Source: an uncultured Desulfuromonadales bacterium (GTDB lineage: Bacteria > Desulfobacterota > Desulfuromonadia > Geobacterales > CAIOGM01). From it: a DNA stretch of 64,000 bases. Shown piece after piece: positions 58,174 to 64,000 of the stretch. The stretch's first letter is position 1. Each line of letters starts with the position of its first letter. The notes under the pieces are model-generated. The model ran no database searches. It saw only the letters and a program-made list of their open reading frames with translations, and had not been told where the DNA came from. The position numbers were made by a program, and so were the translations under genes. The DNA lies in the NCBI GenBank assembly GCA_903929485.1, contig CAIYUY010000211.1, positions 3,770 through 67,769 on the forward strand, written 5' to 3'.

Positions 58174-58446
58174 AATCTCCGGCCCGCACCTTCACACGAT
58201 TCATCCGGGATGGCCTCACCCGACCTTCAGTGGTTTCAAAAAATAACAGGAAGAATCGCTCAAGGTTTCGTCACGAAGTGACGATATGATCCAAGGAGTA
58301 TAAATATGCAACATTATGTCCAAAAGTAAAGCCTTAAAAGAAAATATATTCATCCAACCAAACAAAAACACATTTACATCATGCAATGGCCGCACGGCAA
58401 CCCTCTCCCGTATTGAAAAACGAGTAGCAGGTTGGAGTGAACGGCC

Positions 58447-60261
58447 TCACCCCAGCTTCTCCTTGATGACCCCGGCCAGCTCCGGTGTGATCCCCTTCAC
58501 CTCCCGCAGCTCCTCCAAGGTCGCCTCCCGAACCTTCTTCAAACTCCCGAACCGGAGCAACAGCTCCTGCTTCCGCTTATTGCCGATACCGGGAATATCG
58601 TCCAAGGGGGAATGAAGACTCTTCTTTCCCCGGAGGTTCCGGTGATAGGTTACCGCGAACCGATGGGCTTCGTCGCGGATACGCGTCAACAACAGGAGCG
58701 GAGCCGAATTCTGCCGCAGCGCCACCGGGTTTTTCCGGCCGGGAAGAAAAACCCGCTCGTCGCTTTTCGTGATCTCCACCGAAGTCGCTCCCGGTTCCAC
58801 CCGACTCTTGGCCAGACCCGCCGCCGCAACCCCCTTGATCCCCAACTCCCCCAGCACCGCCGTGAGGATGTTCAACTGACCGATGCCGCCATCCACGACG
58901 ATGAGGTCGGGGCGCTCCTCCGTATCCCGACTGAAACGCCGGGTCAACACCTCCCTCATCATGGCAAAGTCGTCCGTGCCGCTCACATCCCTGATCCGGT
59001 AATGACGATAACTCTTGGGGTCACTTTTCCCCTCCCGGAAGAGTACCCGGCTCCCCACCGCCTGAGCTCCCTGAAAAAGAGAAATATCGTAACACTCGAT
59101 GATCCGCGGAAAAGTGGGGAGTTGAAGCCGCTCCCGCAACTCTTCCAGACTCTCCGCCGCCGCCCGCTCTCCCTTCTGCCGGTCGGCTGCGGCGCTCTGG
59201 GCGTTCTTGGTGGCCAGAAGCATCAGCTCCCGCTTGACACCACGACACGGGTAATGAACCGTCACTTTTTTCCCCTTTTTCTCGGAGAGGAGTTCAGCGA
59301 AAACCGAGGCATCCTCCAGCTGCATGGGGAGGAGGATCTCCGCGGGAATGACGACCTCCCGATGGTAGTACTCCAGGAGGAGAGAACCCAGCCCCTCGGC
59401 ATCATCCAGTTCCCAGGGAGTAGTGAAATTTCGCCCCCCGATGATTCGCCCCCCCCTGAGGTACAACAGAGCGACCTCCAGGGAGTTTCCCAGGCGAAAG
59501 TACCCGAAGATATCCGCTTCACCGCCGGGAAGGACCATCTTCTGCTTCTCCAGAGTCGTCCCGATGGCCCGGATCAGGTCGCGAAACCGCCCTGCCTCCT
59601 CGTATCGCTGAGCTGCCGCCGCCTGTGCCATCCGCTCCTTCAGCAGATCCTGAACGGCCCGATCCCGACCGTCCAGAAAAAGGGCCGTCCCCTGAGCCAG
59701 CGCCGCATACTCCTCGCGGCTGATCACCCCTTGGCAAGGAGCGGCGCACTGGCGGATCTGGTAAAAAAGACAGGGGCGTTTCCGCCGGCGGCAAATTTCC
59801 CAGGGGTAATGGCGCAGGGGGAAGATCCGGGAAAGCTGATTCAGCACCTCCCGGGCCGCCGTGGCCGAGGCGTAGGGGCCGAAGTAACGGGCGCCATCGG
59901 ACTTCACCTTCCGGATAACCGTGATCCTGGGGAACTCTTCCTCAAAATCCATCCGGAGGGAAAAATAGGTCTTGTCATCGCGGAGTTCTATGTTGTAGCG
60001 GGGGCGGTGCTCCTTGATGAGGGTGTTTTCCAGGATCAACGCTTCTTTTTCCGTGTCGGTGACAATAAAGTCGATAACGGCAACCCGGTTCATGAGGGCA
60101 GGTATCTGGTATCTTCCATCCGCGGCGGCTCCGAAGTAAGAGCGAACCCGGGCCCGAAGATTGCGAGCCTTCCCCACGTAGAGGATGACACCGGCGGCAT
60201 CTTTCATGAGGTAGACGCCGGGGGATGCAGGGAAATGGGCAATGACGTTTATAGTAAGCAT
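58447..60261 (-). CDS. uvrC: Excinuclease ABC subunit C
   Basis: 604 aa with the GIY-YIG N-terminus [29 protein letters not shown] and a C-terminal HhH region [18 protein letters not shown]. Confidence 0.95.
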   Translation of the reverse strand: MLTINVIAHFPASPGVYLMKDAAGVILYVGKARNLRARVRSYFGAAADGRYQIPALMNRVAVIDFIVTDTEKEALILENTLIKEHRPRYNIELRDDKTYFSLRMDFEEEFPRITVIRKVKSDGARYFGPYASATAAREVLNQLSRIFPLRHYPWEICRRRKRPCLFYQIRQCAAPCQGVISREEYAALAQGTALFLDGRDRAVQDLLKERMAQAAAAQRYEEAGRFRDLIRAIGTTLEKQKMVLPGGEADIFGYFRLGNSLEVALLYLRGGRIIGGRNFTTPWELDDAEGLGSLLLEYYHREVVIPAEILLPMQLEDASVFAELLSEKKGKKVTVHYPCRGVKRELMLLATKNAQSAAADRQKGERAAAESLEELRERLQLPTFPRIIECYDISLFQGAQAVGSRVLFREGKSDPKSYRHYRIRDVSGTDDFAMMREVLTRRFSRDTEERPDLIVVDGGIGQLNILTAVLGELGIKGVAAAGLAKSRVEPGATSVEITKSDERVFLPGRKNPVALRQNSAPLLLLTRIRDEAHRFAVTYHRNLRGKKSLHSPLDDIPGIGNKRKQELLLRFGSLKKVREATLEELREVKGITPELAGVIKEKLG

Positions 60262-60426
60262 GGCCGGAGTATAAAAGCATCAGGAGCAACGTACAACCTC
60301 TTTCGTGCCGGCCATTGAGGGCTGATAATGGTGAATCATGGTTCACCCATTGACAACGGCCCGTGAAAAGTGGTATCCAGACAGCTGATTATTAAATTTG
60401 ACAAAAAAAATATCCCAGGTTTTCCC

Positions 60427-60852
60427 GTGAACAGATTGTCGGGCAGTTGGTCGTTCTTGGCCGGAATTCTCCTCGTCGTGCTCATCACCGCCACTCCGCC
60501 GGCGAGGATCTCTTGGGCGGCGCAATCCGCCGACGCACTCCTCTTTATTGCCGGATTCAACGCCTACCAGGGGAACGATTGCAGGATGGCCGTGGATAAG
60601 CTCTCCCAATTTCTGCAAGAGCATCCTGCATCGCCATTACGTGACGTAACTCTCTACTGGCTGGCTCGCGCTCTTTATGGGGTCGGCGACCGCCACCAGG
60701 CCGCCCACACCATGGCCGGATTCCTCAGGGAGTATCCGGCCCATCCCCTGGCGGGGAGCGGTGAGACCGACCTGCTGACCCTGGCGGCCGAGTATGGCCG
60801 GCAAGTCGATGCCCCGCGGACACCGGCCACTCCCCCACCCTCTCCTCCCTGA
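60427..60852 (+). CDS. TPR-repeat exported protein (YbgF/CpoB-like, tentative)
   Basis: A GTG start at 60427 gives the signal-like N-terminus NRLSGSWSFLAGILLVVLITA...ISWAAQS. The ORF could also begin at GTG 60370. TPR-like sequence: A..L..FL.E.P.SPL...TLYWLARALY..GD..QA. Confidence 0.55.
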   Translation: MNRLSGSWSFLAGILLVVLITATPPARISWAAQSADALLFIAGFNAYQGNDCRMAVDKLSQFLQEHPASPLRDVTLYWLARALYGVGDRHQAAHTMAGFLREYPAHPLAGSGETDLLTLAAEYGRQVDAPRTPATPPPSPP

Positions 60853-60961
60853 GCCATCCCAACCTGTTGATTTTATGAATTGAATTATGAGCAAAAGCTG
60901 GTATAGTCAACTCACATCTTTTCATAACGCAAAATCGAGATTAGTACATCTAAAAAGGAGT

Positions 60962-61432
60962 ATGGAACTCATGGCAACCCTTCTTGAAATGGCAAAAGAG
61001 ATCGCAGCGGCGCACGCAGTAACAACGACTCTCACCACCGACCAACTGATTCATGAGATTCATCAAATTCATTCCGTGCTGCAGCAACTTGAAGCGGGCA
61101 TCTGTTCCCTGGAGACGGCGGCAGCGGAATCGGCGATAAAACTTCCCACCCTCACCATCAAGCAGGCATTCAGAAACAACGAGATTTTCTGCATGATCTG
61201 CGGCAAGGGGGGAATGAAAACCCTCACCCGGCATCTCAACCAAGCCCATGAGATGAAGCCGTCAGGGTATCGCAAAGAGTTCGGCATTCCCAAGAGCCAA
61301 TCCCTCATGTCCCGCAAATACGCGGAGACCAGAAAACAGATTGCCGCAACCATGGATCTGGGAGCCAACCTGGAGAAGGCGCGGGCAGCAAGGAAAAACG
61401 CTCCCAAAAAAGGAAAGAGCAAGAAACAATAG
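60962..61432 (+). CDS. MucR/Ros family transcriptional regulator
   Basis: The zinc-finger region IFCMICGKGGMKTLTRHLNQAHEMKPSGYRKEFGIP....LMSRKY...R is typical of MucR/Ros. Confidence 0.8.
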   Translation: MELMATLLEMAKEIAAAHAVTTTLTTDQLIHEIHQIHSVLQQLEAGICSLETAAAESAIKLPTLTIKQAFRNNEIFCMICGKGGMKTLTRHLNQAHEMKPSGYRKEFGIPKSQSLMSRKYAETRKQIAATMDLGANLEKARAARKNAPKKGKSKKQ

Positions 61433-61450
61433 CAGATAAAGGAGCAGTGT

Positions 61451-62725
61451 ATGCGGAAACCATTCTGGATGCGTACCGTGGGTACTCTCACCGCAGTTCT
61501 CCTGACTCTCCCCCTCCCAGCCATGGCGCGGAGCGCCGACTATCCCTCCCGGGAACAGAGCGCTCAACCTGAAAAACAATTTTCCCAGGAAGAGCTGGCC
61601 CAGTTGGTGGCCCCCATCGCACTCTATCCCGACGAACTGGTGGCCCAGATCCTTATGGCCGCCACCTACCCCCTGGAGATCGTGGAAGCCGACCGATGGG
61701 TGCAACAGAACAAGGATCTCCAGGGGGATACCCTGGCCAGGGCGCTGGAAGAGAAGAGCTGGGATCCCAGCGTCAAGTCACTGGTAAACTTCCCGTCTCT
61801 CCTCTCCATGATGAGCCGGAAGCTGGAGGTCACGGCAAAGCTGGGCGACGCCTTCCTGACTCAGGAAAAAGAGGTGATGGATACGGTCCAGACCTTAAGA
61901 AAGAAAGCCTACGCGGCGGGAAACCTGACGGCAACCCGGGAACAGAAGGTTCTGGTGGATAATGATACCGTCATCATTGAGCCAACCAACCCGCGGATCA
62001 TCTACCTCCCCACCTACAACCCCACCATAGTGTACGGGGAGTGGATGTACCCTGCCTACCCACCCTACCCCTATTACGCCTACCCCCCCCCGACATATGG
62101 AGCGTTCGCCTTTGCCGCGGGGATAACCGTGGGACTCGCCTGGGGGTATGCCTGGGGTGGCTGCAACTGGCATGGCGGTAGCGTAAATTTTAATATCCGG
62201 CGCAATACCACCATCAACAATACCTACATCAATCGCAACAACTATCAGAGAAGCTACCAAACCAGAGGATTGGTCGGGCCAAATGGCGACGGGAGATGGC
62301 GTCACGATCCCACCCACCGCAAGGGGGTAGCCTACCGGCATACCGAAACCGCTCGAAAATATGGGCAATCACCGCCACGCGCCTCCCAGCCGGGACGTGA
62401 CGCTCGTGGTTACGGCGTCAACTATCCCGTCCCACCCCCCAGGGAAAGCAAGGGAACAAACGGCAAGAGCGGAGGGGGCGGCAACCTGGCCCCCGCCGGT
62501 GGCGGACGGATGGACGCCGGAAAGGGGTCTCCTCCATCCGGAGTTCGAGAGTCGGCATTCGGTCGTTCCTACGGCGACAGCGGCAGCTCCCGCGCCGACA
62601 GCGTCCGCGGACGAGCCAGCCGGCAGAACTCCGGTGGCGGCCCCGGACAGGGGAGTTCCGGCGGGTTCAGCGGAGGCGGCCGTGACGGTGGTGGAGGCCA
62701 TGGCGGTGGCAGTTTCCGTCGATAA
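61451..62725 (+). CDS. DUF3300 domain-containing secreted protein with Gly/Ser/Arg-rich tail
   Basis: Signal peptide, then ELAQLVAPIALYPDELVAQILMAATYPLEIVEADRW...WDPSVKSLVNFP, which is typical of DUF3300. Confidence 0.8.
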   Translation: MRKPFWMRTVGTLTAVLLTLPLPAMARSADYPSREQSAQPEKQFSQEELAQLVAPIALYPDELVAQILMAATYPLEIVEADRWVQQNKDLQGDTLARALEEKSWDPSVKSLVNFPSLLSMMSRKLEVTAKLGDAFLTQEKEVMDTVQTLRKKAYAAGNLTATREQKVLVDNDTVIIEPTNPRIIYLPTYNPTIVYGEWMYPAYPPYPYYAYPPPTYGAFAFAAGITVGLAWGYAWGGCNWHGGSVNFNIRRNTTINNTYINRNNYQRSYQTRGLVGPNGDGRWRHDPTHRKGVAYRHTETARKYGQSPPRASQPGRDARGYGVNYPVPPPRESKGTNGKSGGGGNLAPAGGGRMDAGKGSPPSGVRESAFGRSYGDSGSSRADSVRGRASRQNSGGGPGQGSSGGFSGGGRDGGGGHGGGSFRR

Positions 62726-62780
62726 CTCATCATTAGTCAACAACCGCGGCAGGACACTCACTTTTGAGGGAGGAACAACC

Positions 62781-63737
62781 ATGACGGTCATGATACCCCG
62801 GAGAAGTACCACCACACACCGCCTGTTCCCACTGCTGGTCATGCTCATGATCCTGGCGCTGGGGCTCCCCGCCTCCGCCATGGCCGCCCAAGGAAGACAA
62901 AAAAGCTTTGCATCTCCGGATAAAGCAGCGCATCTCCTCTTCACCGCAGTCAAGTCTAACGACATCAAAAAACTGATATCAATCCTTGGCCCCGGAGCGG
63001 AAGCCCTGGTCACTTCCGGCGACCCGGTGGCCGATGCAGCCGGCAAAAAAAGTTTCGTAAAACTTTACCAAGAAAATAACCGTATCCAGCAGCTAACCCC
63101 TGAAACGGCAATTCTCATCATCGGCCCCCAGAACCATCCCTTCCCCATCCCACTGGTACAAAGGGTAGGGCGCTGGCGCTTCGACACCAAGGCCGGCAGA
63201 GAGGAGATACTCAACCGGAGGATCGGCAAGAATGAGTTGAACGCCATTGAGGTTGCCCGCGCCTATGTCATCGCCCAGAGAGAATACTCCTCCAAGGATA
63301 GGGACGCCGACGGCGCAGTGGCGTACGCCCAACGCTTCCGGAGCAGAGCCGGCGCCAGGGACGGACTTTTCTGGGAGGTAAAGGAGGGTGAAGAAGAGAG
63401 CCCCTTCGGCCCCCTGGCGGCCCGAGCCGCCCATGAAGGGTACGGGGAAACCAACCCCGACACCCCCGACCCGTATCACGGCTATCTTTTCAAGATCCTG
63501 AAAATGCAGGGTGAGAATGCCGAGGGAGGAGCCTACGACTACGTGGTAAACGGCAAGATGGTGCTTGGCTTCGCCCTTGTGGCTTATCCGGCGCAGTATG
63601 GTTCATCGGGCATCATGTCGTTTATCGTTAACCAGAGCGGCATCGTCCATGAAAAGGATCTGGGGGAAAATAGTGCTGCGATAGCTTCGGCCATGACACG
63701 CTACGATCCGGACAAAAGCTGGAAAAAGGTGGAATAG
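62781..63737 (+). CDS. DUF2950 domain-containing secreted protein
   Basis: The ATG at 62781 is preceded by GAGGGAGG. A signal peptide is present, and the family pattern (YAQRF.S..G..DGL.W......SP.GPL.A.A...GY; HGY.FKIL..QG..A.GGA.DY) matches as I recall it. It is paired with DUF3300. Confidence 0.75.
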   Translation: MTVMIPRRSTTTHRLFPLLVMLMILALGLPASAMAAQGRQKSFASPDKAAHLLFTAVKSNDIKKLISILGPGAEALVTSGDPVADAAGKKSFVKLYQENNRIQQLTPETAILIIGPQNHPFPIPLVQRVGRWRFDTKAGREEILNRRIGKNELNAIEVARAYVIAQREYSSKDRDADGAVAYAQRFRSRAGARDGLFWEVKEGEEESPFGPLAARAAHEGYGETNPDTPDPYHGYLFKILKMQGENAEGGAYDYVVNGKMVLGFALVAYPAQYGSSGIMSFIVNQSGIVHEKDLGENSAAIASAMTRYDPDKSWKKVE

Positions 63738-63758
63738 GAGTGAAGGATGAAGGGTTTT

Positions 63759-64000
63759 CTATCTTCTATTGGCGAGGGTTTCAGAGGATGACAGATGTCC
63801 CGATACGGTCCCGCACCGTCGGCAGGGATACTTCCTGCTCCCCCATGAGATAAAGACGACTCCAGGGAGAATACCCAGAAGAAGCAGAGAATAGGCGGCG
63901 GCAGAGAACTCCTTGTTATTCAGGACGGTCTGCATCCTTCCCGAATGCCCGCAATGGGCGCACCGGAGAAACTTCCCCTTATCTTTTCCGGCCTCCACCA
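63759..64000 (-). CDS. LITAF-like zinc-ribbon membrane protein, paralog of 48988-49329; 5' end may lie beyond the window
   Basis: CAHCGH, then about 20 aa, then the hydrophobic stretch YSLLLLGILPGVVFI, then CRRCG. The frame is open to the window edge. Confidence 0.45.
   Translation of the reverse strand, partial: VEAGKDKGKFLRCAHCGHSGRMQTVLNNKEFSAAAYSLLLLGILPGVVFISWGSRKYPCRRCGTVSGHLSSSETLANRR

Noticed and set aside
62361-62780. Long N-terminal extension of the DUF2950 ORF (tracked from 62361).
   Set aside because: The extension overlaps the 3' end of the DUF3300 gene in another frame. The ATG at 62781 has a strong GAGGGAGG RBS and yields a normal signal peptide.

Overview
This is a GC-rich bacterial chromosomal segment (high GC judged by eye only). 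Gene content and order resemble Desulfuromonadales/Geobacter-type Deltaproteobacteria; that placement is an inference. Most of the window is housekeeping: rph-rdgB, tRNA-Pro, trxA, nadD-rsfS-rlmH-gpmI, ychF-pth-rplY-prs, yggT-divIVA, rpsT, ligA, metF-metH, scpAB, dtd, rluB, accA, dnaE and uvrC. Many of these genes are linked by ATGA stop/start overlaps. Five accessory patches interrupt this backbone. (1) A low-GC islet of about 3.3 kb lies directly 3' of tRNA-Pro and is bounded by a repeat of the tRNA 3' end. It encodes five envelope proteins, including two FlgO-like lipoproteins. (2) A secreted protein plus a trimeric autotransporter adhesin is preceded by a 47-bp tandem duplication that includes the RBS and ATG. 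(3) A 9.2-kb trimodular NRPS (A-T-C-A-T-C-A-T-TE) is translationally coupled to an Sfp-type PPTase and a cardiolipin synthase. Its modules are near-identical except for the adenylation-domain specificity cores. This is the most interesting system in the window. (4) A low-GC patch next to tRNA-Leu encodes small membrane proteins. (5) A MucR regulator sits next to a DUF3300/DUF2950 secreted pair. Several short intergenic repeat families are also visible: NNTTCAC heptamer arrays, a 3x CACGAAG element and perfect palindromes. I found no rRNA, CRISPR array, transposase or integrase. Long antisense ORFs opposite the large genes are treated as GC-driven shadow ORFs.
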